From Octopus sinensis (taxonomy: Eukaryota): a DNA stretch of 64,000 nucleotides. Every line of letters starts with the position of its first letter. The first letter of the stretch is position 1. Under the pieces are notes generated by a model that ran no database searches, was not told where the DNA came from, and worked only from the letters and a program-made list of their open reading frames with translations. The position numbers and the translations under genes were made by a program. Of this stretch, positions 1-12,329 are shown in pieces. Where the stretch lies: positions 72,230,001-72,294,000 of the forward strand of contig NC_043009.1 in the NCBI RefSeq assembly GCF_006345805.1, in the 5' to 3' direction.

Positions 1-27
1 GTTCAACAAATTAATAGAGTCATTACT

Positions 28-150
28 TTGTTGAACAGAATGCTCCATGGCATGTCTTGTAGCTGTTTTATGTTCTAAGTTCAAATCCTGCCAAGATCAA
101 CTTCGCCTTTCATCCTTTTATGGTTGATAACAAAAAACAAAAGTATCAAT
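28..150 (+). mobile_element. Degenerate tRNA-derived SINE fragment (same family as 2728-2956)
   Basis: gttctaagttcaaatcctgcc...caacttcgccttt cat ccttt matches the B-box and body of the copy at 2728-2956. Confidence 0.5.
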
Positions 151-771
151 TGAAGGCAGTGTAAGAACATTAGACTGGATGCTTTGCAGCGTTTGTTTCA
201 ACTCCTTGCATTCTAAGTTCCAATCTTACTGTGGTCTACTTGGGTTGTAGACTTAACTCATCACCTAGTTGAGCACTGACACCTGGCTCACCACAGGTAC
301 TTTAAGTAGAGTTCACTCTAATGCAAGAATTTGGCTTGGTTTCTGGTTTGAGGATACCTTACTTCTTCTTTCCCACCAGTCTTAGAGGTTCTGTAACAAG
401 CGATGGTTACTGCCTTCAGTCTTGATTGAAAGAAGAAAAAAAATGTACATGTCTGCATGTGTATCCATATGTGTGTATATGTAATATTTATATATAATAG
501 AGAGAGAGAGAGAGGTTAAGCAATATGTTGAAGCTCTCTGGTTAGCTCTTTGTTGTAGTGAATGTTCACATGTAACATATTTATACCATCAGTTGTATGT
601 ATTTGGGTAAAATCTGCAAAGAAAACATACAGTGAACAGTAAATATGGTACATGTAATTAACAGAAAACATTCTCTCTACACCTTCCTTATAACTGTTCA
701 GTCTTGTGTTAATGTAACCTATATTATTTCCATGTCCTCTCATTCAAAATTATTATTCTGCTTGTTTATAG

Positions 772-944
772 GTAATTCTACAAATCCAAATCTGAATTCT
801 GATCCTATTCCATACAGACTTGTACTCCACTGCATTAAAGCCTTTATTCTGAGAGAGATGAAGTTGACATCAAGTTACGATGATTACTTTCTTCTGGCTG
901 ACACCATCATAAAACTTGTGCTTACTTTAGGCAAAAAGCAAACG
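772..944 (+). CDS. Candidate internal coding exon of an unidentified host gene (GNSTNPNLNSDPIPYRLVLHCIKAFILREMKLTSSYDDYFLLADTIIKLVLTLGKKQT)
   Basis: Acceptor ttctgcttgtttatag|G at 771/772 and donor ACG|gtaata at 944/945. The 173 nt are open, non-repetitive and protein-like, and end in phase 0, matching the exon at 11812. Confidence 0.6.
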
Positions 945-2139
945 GTAATATACAATTACATTTATTAATTTCTACTTCGGTTTAGTCCTAGGTCACTGCT
1001 GATCAAGCAAGCGTGTAATTGGAGGCAAAGCTGTCTAGCCTGACTATCATGACTCTTCTGTGTTAGGAACTCGGGACCACTTCCAATATATCCCTTTTTA
1101 AGATGGTGGTTAAGCTTTGTAGGAGATGTAGCTGCTATTCTTAACCTGTTGATCTATCACATTGAAGTTGCTCCATTAATCCAAACTCCTTTCTTATTAG
1201 TATGTTTTGATCAGTTGACAACTTACTCCAGTATTTTCATTTTTATTGTGACAAAACAAAACTGTCTTTATCTCCTGCTTTTGGAAGAAGATTGTGTCAT
1301 TATTAAGGTTGCAATCAAGCAGAATCAGACTAAATGGCTAGTGGTTTTTATCCTAGTCCTTCACATTGAGTTTAAATCTCATTCAAATCAACTTTGTCTT
1401 TCATCTTTTTGGGGGTTGATAAAAAAAAATGTACCAAATATGTATTAGTGTTGATGCAATCAACTCTACCACTTCTATGAAAATTGATGAGTTTGTACTA
1501 AAACTTGAAGCAATTCTTATTAAGAACAGTGGATTGACTGAATCCTTAGATCATTGGAAAAAACTTCTTTGCAGCATTTCTTCATGTTCTGCATGCAAAA
1601 CCAGTCAACACCAACTTTATTTTGACTCTGGAGAAATGGAAAGTAAAATACAAATCAAATATTAGAGTTGAGGTTAATGAATATCCAACTGTCCTTAAAA
1701 TTGTTGGCCTTAAATCATTATTATAGGATGGAGAGTTGGCAGAACTGTCAAAGCATCAGACAAAATGATTTGTTACATTTGTTCTGGCTTTTTATGCTGA
1801 GTCCCAATGCCAGCATGGAAAACGGGGTACATTTCTGCTGGACGTCTATAAAATCTCTCTTTTGATATCCTTCAGCCTCTTAAGCAATAATTTGGGTGTT
1901 GTGCTAAGTGCTCCAGTTACCACAGGAATAATTATCATCTGAGTCTTCCACAATCTCTTCATTCCTCTTGTTAGGTCCCGGTATTTCTCTCACTTTTCAA
2001 TTTTTATTTTGTCCTCTACAATCATGTCTGCTCTTGCTTCAATAGTATGGTCATTCTTTGTGAGATCTCATAAAATCCTGTAATTCTTATTCTCCATCAC
2101 AGCGTCTGATTCATATTCATACCACTTTTCTGTTACTTT

Positions 2140-2211
2140 GAATTTATTTTTATTTCATTTTTATTTCATCTAGTTTCAGTTCACGAGCTGTGGCCATGCT
2201 GGAGCACTGCC
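2140..2211 (-). mobile_element. Short 3' tail of the CR1 family seen at 60502-63950
   Basis: tagtttcagttcacgagctgtggccatgctggagcactgcc nearly matches 60514-60554, preceded by a (TTTTA)n-like tail. Confidence 0.6.
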
Positions 2212-2727
2212 AGACATTTGGCTAACATCCCAATACACTCTTTTACCTATAGTCATGTATGCAAATAAACTGTTTACGCTAAGTTACTGCATTTACTCAA
2301 GAGGTAGTTGATATTTTTGTCTCCTTTAGTGAAGATTCTGTATTTGCTCTCCAACTGAGTTTTATCTATCTTTACCTTTATAAAATTCATCCCAGTAGCT
2401 TGTTCCTGAGCAGCTATGGTTAGCTCTTGGGTTTGGATTTCTGGCTTTTGTCCATCAGTGACAACAGGCATTTTTTTAACTACCAACAGGTGGTTGCATG
2501 AATTGACCATGTAATTTCTCTTTTTCCATCTACTCATTCTGTCATTTTTCCTATTCTTGAATTCTGTTGTTTCAGTAACTTTTTGGACATTTCAAGCCAC
2601 TAATAGTATTCTATCTTCACTGCACACCACAGTTTTTCAAACCCAAGATTGCAGTACTAATGGTGTCGTCTGCATTTAGCCATCCTCTGCCTCTTTCTTT
2701 CTCGATAGGTTTGATCTGGTCAGTATT

Positions 2728-2956
2728 TTGCGAGCTGGCAGAAATGTTAACGCGCCGGGTGAAATGCTTAGTGGTATTTCGTCTACCACTACGTTCTGAG
2801 TTCAAATTCCGCCGAGGTTGACTTTGCCTGTCATCCTTTCGGGGTTGATAAATTAAGTACCAGTTGCGCACTGGGGTTGATGTAATCAACTTAGTCCATT
2901 TGTTTGTCCTTGTTTGTCCCCTCTGTGTTTAGCCCCTTGTGGGTAGTAAAGAAATA
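2728..2956 (+). mobile_element. tRNA-derived SINE with 6-bp TSD (AGTATT), inserted in the R4-like LINE
   Basis: A-box-like tggcagaaatgttaa, B-box-like gagttcaaattcc, tail gtaaagaaata; AGTATT at 2722-2727 and 2957-2962. Confidence 0.85.
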
Positions 2957-5285
2957 AGTATTACTTTTAGGGTGGTGTGCATTGTAGCTGTCTTTGTCCA
3001 TATGAATCACAAACTCATAGGTAGGCCTGCATTTCTTCTATATACTTGTTAGTGGGATAAATATAATGATGAAGAGTAATGTAAAGAACAAGTCTTCTTG
3101 AAATCTCCTTCTATATATTTTCATGTTTCCTAATGATTCATTTGCATATGTTAGTTCTACTTCCCAGTCACTTTTCCAAAAAGTTGTTTGTCTTCTCATT
3201 GACTTCACACATTTGTAAGCACTCCAAGAGCCATCAGTATGGAACATTGTTGTAAGCCTTTTTGTGGTGTTTTAGCCAACAACTAAATTCTTCTTTCTTA
3301 CTTGTGTCTCATTTAATATTTCACTATCTATATACAGTAGATCAGCATTTCCCCTTGACTTCTTTCTGCATCCCTTTTCCTCCTCCAACAATAGACTCTC
3401 TTCTACAAAGCTATGCACCTTATCTGCTGTGAAGCCAGATGACAATTTTCAGAGTAGAACGTAATTGGTGTGTAATTACTGATTTACTCTTCTTCTCTTT
3501 GTTCTTCTGTATCAACGCCATCTTTCTTTTTGTCATCCATGTTGATGTTCCATTTTCTATACAGTCAATAAGAAATGGTTAAATATAGTTGTGTATACTT
3601 TTTAGCCAGAACCCCTGACCATCATCTGGTCCAGAGACTTTCCAATTTGGTATACAGATTGATCAGGAAAGCATTGAAGCTATCCCTGATCTGATCAACT
3701 GCCCTAATGGTGCACAACTGAGGTTAGAAGTTGAGATGCACATTTGTGGTGAGACAAACCGCTTAAAGGTTTTCTGCCCCATAGAGAGAAACCAGAAACA
3801 CCCAATACTGCAGACACCTCAAATAACATCAACATCAAAAGCAACAGCAGCACCATCAGCAGCATCAGCTTCAAGAATAGCAGCACCTAAAACAACACCA
3901 GTATCAACAGAAGGAGCAGCAGAAGAGATTAATTCAACAACATTAGCAGCAAACACCAGTACCACACCTGAGATAAACAAAACCATCACTTGCACCATCG
4001 CAAGTAAGAAGCCTTACCTGCACCAGTCAAGCAAACCACCAACTTAGAAATGCAGGACGACTGTGCAGACCTACTTCTCTCCCCAACTATAGATTTCTCT
4101 GACTGTGAAAATTTGTCTCGCAAGGAAAACAGTTTGAGAAAACCACTAAAATGTATCTTGGGGAAGGGAAAAAGAAAAACATTACAAAATATAAAGTACA
4201 GTACAAGACTGAAAATAAAGAGATTAGAGGAGGAATCACAGAAACCAACAAAACATCATACACCCACATACTCTACATCAACACAATTATAAACATCTCC
4301 AACACTACAAACATCACCAACATTACAAACAAAAACACACAGCAATCCAGACCAACAACATGAACATCACTCCCAAAGCATCATCAATTACACAGCAATA
4401 TACAAAAACAACAAGAACTTAATAAAACATTTTCAAAAATACACAGGCACTACCATAAATGAATACATTACACACCTGCATAACACCCCTATTCTCATAA
4501 AAATTATAAAAACAATATAACAAAGTTACAACACACTGAAAGCAAAATATCACAAAGGAATGGGAGATTTCTGTTGGATCATAAACAAAAAAACTCTACA
4601 AAAGATTGCTTGTGAAGACCCCCACAAATAACTAGAAGGACAGAACACATTTCTCTCCATAGAAATAGGGTGATTCTCTTCACTCTCCTTCTTTCTGACA
4701 AACATGGTCTTGTTCAGAATAGGCAGTATAAATGCACATGGCCTGGTGCTACTTTGGAAACAGGTCCACCTACTCAATGACCTCAGGTGACTAAGTATAT
4801 TTTTGGTGAATACAAGAATTACCTCTATATCAACTGGGAGTAGGGAGTGGAACAGCAGTGTTTCAGAGAAGTCTAGATCATGAGATAAGGGCCATTCTGG
4901 TCCCAGAAGGTAAGTTAGTTGTCATAGATGTGAATAGTAGTGACAGGGATGCTTTCAGACTGGTGGTTGTTTATGCCCTAAAAGGGGAAGGAGAGCCAGA
5001 TTTCTTCAGCCATCTGGAGGTTTTGCTGGGAATGTCTTAACCTTTAGTGCTAATGAGTGACTGGAATGCTATCTTGGATGCACATTTAGATTGTGTGGGG
5101 CTAGCTGTTTGATGAGGGGTGTACAAAAGCCATGCAAACCTGCTCAGATATTTTCAATTGTCTGACAGTTACTAATTGGATTTCCCAACTGTGCTTATGC
5201 GGACATGGATGAACCACATCAGGTCATATCTAGATAATCTGTAGATCATTAGATAAGGTTACCATAAGTTGTAGATTTTTAAAAA

Positions 5286-6752
5286 TCACATAATGTGGAA
5301 GACAACTGGACAATCTGCTGAGAGCCACTGACCAGATCTGTGGATGGACCAAAGTCCCATCTCGATCCAAGGTAACGTGGTGGTGGAACAATGTGGTTGA
5401 CAGGGCTATTAGAGAAAAGAAACGGGCTTGGAGGGACTGGAAGAATGGAGGTAGCAGGGAATTGTATCAGACTGCCAGAAGGGAAGCTAGGAGACAGGTT
5501 TATTTAGCCAGAAGGGAAGCAGATAAGAAAAAATTTGCCAATGTTCTGCGCCGTGAGGACCAAAGACTTGAGGTATTTCATGTTGCAAGACAGTGTGTGA
5601 GAGAGAATCATGATGTGGTAGGAGAGAAATGTGTTCGCATGGATAATGGTTCACTTGCGCTAAATGAGGATGCAAAGCGAGAGGTTTGGAAACACCATTA
5701 TGAGAGGCTGCTCAGGAGCAATAAACACTGAAAATGCACAGAGACCATCTTCCGCCACATTCCAGGGAGAAAAACTAGAAATAGTTGATAGCTTCCATTA
5801 ACTAGGTGACCAAGTCAGTAGCCGGGGTGGGTGTGCTGAAAGTGTAACTGCTAGGGTAAGAATTGCCTGGGCAAAGTTCAGAGAGCTCTTACCTCCGCTG
5901 GTGACAAAAGGCCTCTCGCTCAGAGTAAAAGGCAGACTGTATGACGCATGTGTACGAACAGCCATGCTACATGGCAGTGAAACATGGGCTGTGACTGCTG
6001 AGGATATGCGTAAGCTCGCAAGAAATGAAGCCAAAAGTTGGACCTAAGAAGCATCAATTGTGGTTTGCGCTGGTATACTCATGTGGCGAGAATGGATGAA
6101 GATAGTTGTGTGAAAAAGTGCCACACCCTAGCGGCTGAGGGAACCTGTGGAAGAGGTAGACCCAGGAAAACCTGCGACGAGGTGGTGAAGCATGACCTTC
6201 GAACTTTAGGTCTCACCGAGGAAATGACTAGAGACTGGGACCTTTGGAAGTATGCTGTGCGTGAGAAAACCCGGCAGGACAAGTGAGGCCATAACCCGTG
6301 CCCTCTACATGGGATGTAGCCAGTCCACTTATGCATACCTTTCCTTCTTGGGACACAAAACTCTACTTGTGAAGACCTGTTGAGGCAAGTGAAAATGAAA
6401 ATCAAAATCGTAATCGATCAACATCAATGGAATTTGTAGCTGTGATACCAGTGCTGGTGGCACGTAAGAGACCCATCCGAACGTGGCCATAGCCAGCACC
6501 GCCCTGACTGGCCTCTGTGCCGGTGGCACGTAAAAAGCACCATCCGATCGTGGCCGTTGCCAGCCTCGTCTGGCACATAAAAAGCACTCACTACACTCAC
6601 GGAGTGGTTGGCGTTAGGAAGGGCATCCAGCTGTAGAAACACTGCCAGATCAGACTGGGCCTGGTGCAGCCTTCTGGCTTCCCAGACCCCACTTGAAACG
6701 TCCAACCCATGCTAGCATTGAAAATGGACGTTAAACAATGATGATGATGATG
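5286..6752 (+). mobile_element. RTE-clade LINE copy 1, 5'-truncated with an internal deletion that removes the RT domain
   Basis: Collinear with RTE copy 2 at 7630-10278 apart from a 1024-bp deletion at 5709-5712 and smaller deletions; ends in (ATG)n tail at 6738-6752. Confidence 0.9.
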
Positions 6753-6988
6753 CTTGGCTACATAGACCATAAGTTTGTGATCTGCACTGTCAACTTAGAT
6801 AGGCAAGGACATAGCTACTGGAAGCTGAATGCATTACATCTGGCATGCCAAGATTACAGAGACCAGATTAGAAAATTTGTTTGGTGAGCATTGACAAGGT
6901 TAGTCATCAACAACAAATTTAGTAAGGCATTGACGGTAGAAAGAAATAGAGGGCAAACTTGGTTAAAAACTTGTAGATAAGGCGCTGG

Positions 6989-9900
6989 AAAATGGGTAGA
7001 TAAGGTAATAGAGGTAATCAGAGTAAGTGATAGAATACTTAAGATTAGATTAGTGCTTCATCATGGATTAGCAACCATTATATCGGCCTATGCCCCTCAG
7101 CTGGGGCTACCCGATGGACAGAAAGACCGATTCTATGACACCCTACTGCAGACTACCTCGCTGACGAATGACAGAGACCTTCTCTTTGTGGCTGGTGACT
7201 TCAATGGTCATGATGGACGACATGCTGGGGGCCGCCATGGTGTACATGGAGGCTATGGTTATGGTTCCCGCAACGAGGAGGGAACCAGGCTGCTGGAGTT
7301 CTGCGATGCAAATGATCTTATGGTTTGCAACATTAACTTCAGGAAACCTACTAGTCACCTACCGATCGGGCCGACATACCAGCCAAATTGACTACATCCT
7401 TGCCAGGAAAAGGGAAAAGATGGCTGCTTATAAATGCCAAAACCTTTCCTGGCGAAGAATGTTCCCCACAACATAGACTGGTAGTTAGTGACTTTAGGAT
7501 CAGGACTAAGAGGACGACCAGAAGACGACCAACATGGAGAAGAAGGATCTGGAAGTTTAAAGATCCTGCGAATGAACAAAGATTTAGACACATATTACTT
7601 GAAGCCTTTGACGAAGTAGATATAGCTTCACATGGGGTAAAAGACAACTGGAGGTTTCTAAGGGACAACCTGCTGAGAGCCACTGACCAGATCTGTGGCT
7701 GGTGCAAAGTCCCCTCTCAAACCAAAATAACGTGGTGGTGGAACAATGTTGTAGACAGGGCTATTAGAGAAAAAAGACTGGCTTGGAAGGACTGGAAAAA
7801 TGGTGGTAGCAGGGAATTGTATCAGATTACCAAAAGAGAAGCTAATAGACAGGTTTATTTAGCCAGAAGGGAGGCAGGTAAGAAAAAATTTGCCAATGTT
7901 CTGCGCTGTGAAGACCAAAGACTTGAGGTATTCCATGTTGCAAGACAGTGTGTGAGAGAGAATCGTGATGTGGTAGGAGAGAAATGTGTTCGCATGGATG
8001 ATGGCTCACTTGCGCTGAATGAGGATGCAAAGCATGAGGTTTGGAGACACCATTATGAGAGGCTGCTAAATAAGGAAAATAAATGGGATAAAGAGAGTCG
8101 ACCCAACAGAGGGACCAGCTATCCAAGTTGACAGTTCCTTAGTAGTTAAGGCAATTACAAGCATGAAGACAGGGAAAGCTCCAGGCCTATCAGGAATTAC
8201 TGCAGAGATGTTTAAAATATCTGGTAGTGTCGGCTATAGCTTAGTCACCCATATAGTTAACCAGGTGATACACGAAGGAGTCATACCCAATAACTGGGGT
8301 AGCAGCATAATAGTCAACTGCTACAAAGGTAAAGGTGATGCCCTAGATACAAATAATTACAGAGGTATCAAGATGTTGGATCAGGTAATGAAGGTTACGG
8401 AGAGGGTCATAGCCCAACTGATTAGAGAGAGAGTCAGCTTGGATGAGGTGCAGTTTGGTTTCGTGCCAGGGAAAAGCACCACTGATGCCATATTTCTGGT
8501 GAGACAGCTGCAGGAGAAATACCTAGCCAAAGATAAGCCCCTGTACCTGGCTTTCGTTGACATTGAGAAAGCCTTCGACAGGGTCCCCCGATCCCTTATC
8601 TGGTGGTCAATGAGGAAACTAGGGATACTTGAATGGTTAGTGAGAGCTGTGCAAGCCATGTAAGTAAGGTGAGGGTTGGCAACGAGTACACTAAAGAATT
8701 CAGGGTAGAGGTAGGGGTTCACCAACGTTCAGTCCTCAGCCCCCTCCTATTTATCATAGTCCTCCAGGAAATAACGGAGGAATTCAAGACAGGATGTCTC
8801 TGGGAGCTCCTCTATGCTGATGACCTTGCTCTAATTGCTTCAAGTTTCAAGTGTGGAGACAAGGATTAGAATCGAAGGGCCTAAAGATCAACCTAGCCAA
8901 AACCAAAGTCCTAATAAGTAGGAAGGTAGGCAAATCACAAACGCCTCAGGTAGATGGTCCTGTTAGATCTGTAGAAAAGGTGTAGCTAGAAACTCTATAA
9001 GATGCACCAAGTGTAAGCTATGGACACATGAGGTGCAGCAATGTCAAAGGAAGGCTAACTGGGAAGATAGTTTTTGTATGTGGCAGATGCTCAGGAGCAA
9101 TAAACACTGAAAATGCACAGAGACCATCTTCTGCCACATTCCAGGGAGAAAAACTAGAAGTAGTTGATAGCTTCCGTTACCTAGGTGACCAAGTCAGTAG
9201 CGGGGGCGGGTGTGCTGAAAGTGTAACTGCTAGAGTAAGAATAGCCTGGGCAAAGTTCAGAGAGATCTTGCCTCTGCTGGTGACAAAAGGCCTCTCGCTC
9301 AGAATAAAAGGCAGACTGTATGACGCATATGTACGAGCAGCCATGCTACATGGCAGTGAAACATGGGCCGTGACTGCTGAGGATATGCGTAAGCTCGCAA
9401 GAAATGAAGCCAGTATGCTCCGATGGATGTGTAATGTCAGTGTTCATACTCGACAGAGTGTAAGTACCTTGAGAGAAAAGTTGGACCTAAGAAGCATCAA
9501 TTGTGGTGTGCAAGAGAGACGTTTGCACTGATATGGTCATGTAGCGAGAATAGATGAAGATAGTTGTGTGAAAAAGTGCCACACCCTAGTGATTGAGGGA
9601 ACCTGTGGAAAAGGCAGACCCAGGAAAACCTGCGACGAGGTGGTGAAGCACGACCTTCGAACTTTAGGTCTCACCAAGGAAATAACAAGAGATTGAGACT
9701 TTTGGAAGTATGCAGTGAGTGGGAAGACCCGGCAGGACAAGTGAGACTATAACCCATGGTCTCTACCTTGGACGTAGCCAGCCCACTTATGCATACCTTT
9801 CCTTCTTGTGACACAAACCCTACTTGTGAAGACCTGTTGAGGCAAGTGAAAATGAAAATTGAAATCGATCAATGGAAATTGTAGCTGTGATACTAGTGCT

Positions 9901-10278
9901 GGTGGCATGTAAGAGAACCATCCGAGCGTGGCCGTTGCCAGTGCTGCCCTGACTGGCCTCCGTGCCGGTGGCACATAAAATGCACCATCTGATCGTGGCC
10001 AGCGCCAGCCTCATCTAGCCCCCGTGCTGGTGGCACATAAAAAGCACCATCCGATCGTGGCCGTTTGCCAGCCTTGTCTGGCACCTGTGCAGGTGGCACA
10101 TAAAAAGCACCCACTACACTCACGGAGTGGTTGGCGTTAGGAATGGTATCCAGCTGTAGAAACACTGCCAGATCAGACAGGGCCTGACGCAGCCTTCTGG
10201 CTTCCCAGACCCCAGTTGAACCGTCCAACCCATTCTAGCATGGAAAATGGATGTTTAACGATGATGATGATGATGATG
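6989..10278 (+). mobile_element. RTE-clade LINE copy 2, 5'-truncated, with APE and RT remnants (frameshifted)
   Basis: IISAYAPQ, FVAGDFNGH, SQIDYIL, QHRLVVSDF, GKAPG, NYRGIKML, QFGFVPGKSTTDAIF, FVDIEKAFDRVP, GVHQRSVLSPLLF, LLYADD, GRPRKT; 3' UTR tandem units and (ATG)n tail. Confidence 0.92.
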
Positions 10279-11811
10279 AAACACTCAGAAAAGGCATCAT
10301 AACTGACGTGCTCATGATAAAATTGGCCCTGGACCAATTCTTCAATGCTAAGCATGAAGGATGCATTGTTAGAGCTAAGGCATTTGCTCTAAGAAATGAT
10401 GTGCAGGGGTGCAACATGGAAAGAAAGCCACAATTCAGTCTTTGGTGGATCAAAATAGGTGTTTGGTACCCAATCTAGAGCAGATATGTGCTGCATTTCA
10501 GCAGCACTTTGCCCAACTGTTTGAGATGAATGGTAGTCCACAATGTAAGATGGGCTGCGTGGTGGGGTGGCGGGAGGGAAATTGCCTTGTTTGGATGGTC
10601 TGCCCTACAAGCTTTACCTTTGTATGCCAGAATTGTTTGGTAGCCTATAACCAGATATCTTCTGCAACTTTCAGCAAAATGGGAAAATTCTAGTTCTGTG
10701 AGTCAAGGAACAGCGGTACTGCTAAGAAAGGACTCAAACAAGAGGGGCTGAGTAACATCCCAATCAGATCTATCCACGACAACTTCTACCTCACGTGATG
10801 CATCGTACTCACTGGGTAAAGAAGCTGGCATGGATGAGGTCCTGATGAATTTGGATCAATCAAAAGCCTGTGATAGGATTGACTACTAATACCTGCTAGC
10901 CAGTTTTGTTTCCCTTTTCTGTGACTGGATTGCCACAATGTAGAGCAACATCTTGGTAGTTTGGGTAAATGGTTACTTGCCAGAAACATTCAGTATCATA
11001 TAGCTTGTCTGTCAAGGGTGTGCCCTCATGTCTTTTCTCTATATACTGGCTTTAGAGCCAGTATGGTGTCACTCAGCTGGGTTTGACTCAGATGTGTACA
11101 CAGCAACAAAACTGTTCTGCATTCTCTCATCCAATGTGCAAGCATTGCTGGCTTGTTGGTTCATGTCATACAGCTGCTTTATGTGTAGGATGGGTCCAGC
11201 TATCAGATGAGTCTACTGTGAAGATTGTCCTGCCACATTCTTTTAGCCAGGAAGGGCAGGCAGTGTTCATTGATCTTGTGATTGTAGAAAAAGAGGTTGT
11301 GTGGTGAACCAGGTTAAAACATATAGACCAATACTTTCCTCTTTGGACAAGTCTTCATCAACTTTATCAAGTTTTACTTGAAAAGGAAGTTGAGGCTAGA
11401 GAGGGAAGTGATGTCTCCCAGTAATTCTTTTTTGAAGGTGGGTGAACTGGCCTACACTAAGCATGTACTCCTAGATTGAAGGAAGGCCATATGGAGAGAG
11501 CACCTCCCTTAGTGGTCAGGGTGACCGAGGTTTAGTGGAGTCTCCATGAGCAGCCCTAGGAAGTCTCCCTCTGTTGGAGAATTTTTCATTATTGCAATTT
11601 ATATTGTTACTGTTTTAACTTTTTCCACACTCCTCTATGTAATCCCACTTGTTATTATCCTGTGCTGTGCCCAGTGAGTTTTGTGAACCCTGAGTGGTAA
11701 ATAAAGAAAGCATTATTATTATTTTTAATTATCAGTAACAATGGTGGACTGGCAGAATCATTACAGTATAGAGTAACAAATACTTTACAATGACTTTTTT
11801 TTCTTTCCCAG

Positions 11812-11987
11812 ATTGCCAAAGATGTTCAGATATATTGTTTCTCAAAAGTAGGGACAATAATTATGGCTGAAAACAATTCCAGTTATACTCCAGTAACAGT
11901 ATATATTAATGGAAATGATAAGTCCAGAAACATTGTATCGAGCAGAGGGTCATTTACTTCAGCAGATACTGTACCTCCATTGCATCG
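11812..11987 (+). CDS. Candidate coding exon of the same host gene (IAKDVQIYCFSKVGTIIMAENNSSYTPVTVYINGNDKSRNIVSSRGSFTSADTVPPLH-R)
   Basis: Strong acceptor tttttttctttcccag| at 11811 and strong donor CG|gtgagt at 11987/11988. Phase-0 frame is open across all 176 nt. Confidence 0.65.
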
Positions 11988-12329
11988 GTGAGTTCATTTT
12001 CTTTGTTGCTGTCATTGTTGTTGTCCCTTTTTCTCATTAACTAGGAATTTATTCTTAGCTAGGATAAATTTAGTCTGTAGGTAGGCATTCACCAAAGCTT
12101 GCTTTTTGGGCCCCTCCTCTTCATTATTTTCCTCTAGAGAGGAATTTAAGACTGGCTCTTCCTGGGAGCTACTATATGCTAATGACATTCCTTTCAGCAA
12201 AATCTGTAAAAAAAAGTTAGAAAAGAAATTGCAGGTGTGGTAGCAAAACCTATAACCAAAGAGTTTTAAATTTAATTTAGGAAAGATAAGAGTTCTAGTA
12301 AGCAAGAAAACAGACAGGACCCTATCCTG

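Larger units (their letters stand above)
1860..3690 (-). mobile_element. Decayed R4/Dong-like (REL-endonuclease) non-LTR retrotransposon
   Basis: Minus-strand remnants in expected order: NWKVSGPDDG, FQEDLFFTLLFIIIFIPLT (GIFQGD region), HPKSNTD..KERGRG, TIAAQEQA..KIDKTQLESK, and the C-terminal ENKNYRIL..DHTIEAR..EKYRDLTR..IPVVTGAL endonuclease region; many stops and frameshifts. Confidence 0.8.
3690..11600 (+). mobile_element. Decayed Tx1/L1-like LINE in three pieces (about 3690-5285, 6753-6990, 10279-11600), interrupted by two RTE insertions
   Basis: ORF1 remnant with degenerate knuckle (C)HICGETNRLKVFCP; APE start MVLFRIGSINAHGL, RLVVVYA, LVLMSDWNAILD, then DHKFVICT..YWKLN; after 10279 HEGCIVRAK, DGLPYKLY, LNLDQSKACDR, QGCALMSFLYILALEP. 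Confidence 0.75.

Noticed and set aside
1149-1865. ORFs 1149-1448, 1429-1665 and 1668-1865 as host exons
   Set aside because: They overlap degenerate SINE pieces (about 1330-1465 and 1730-1810) and have no convincing splice pair or recognisable protein
3736-4363. Thr/Ala-rich mucin-like ORFs
   Set aside because: They lie between a degenerate zinc knuckle and the Tx1-like APE start, so they are better explained as decayed LINE ORF1
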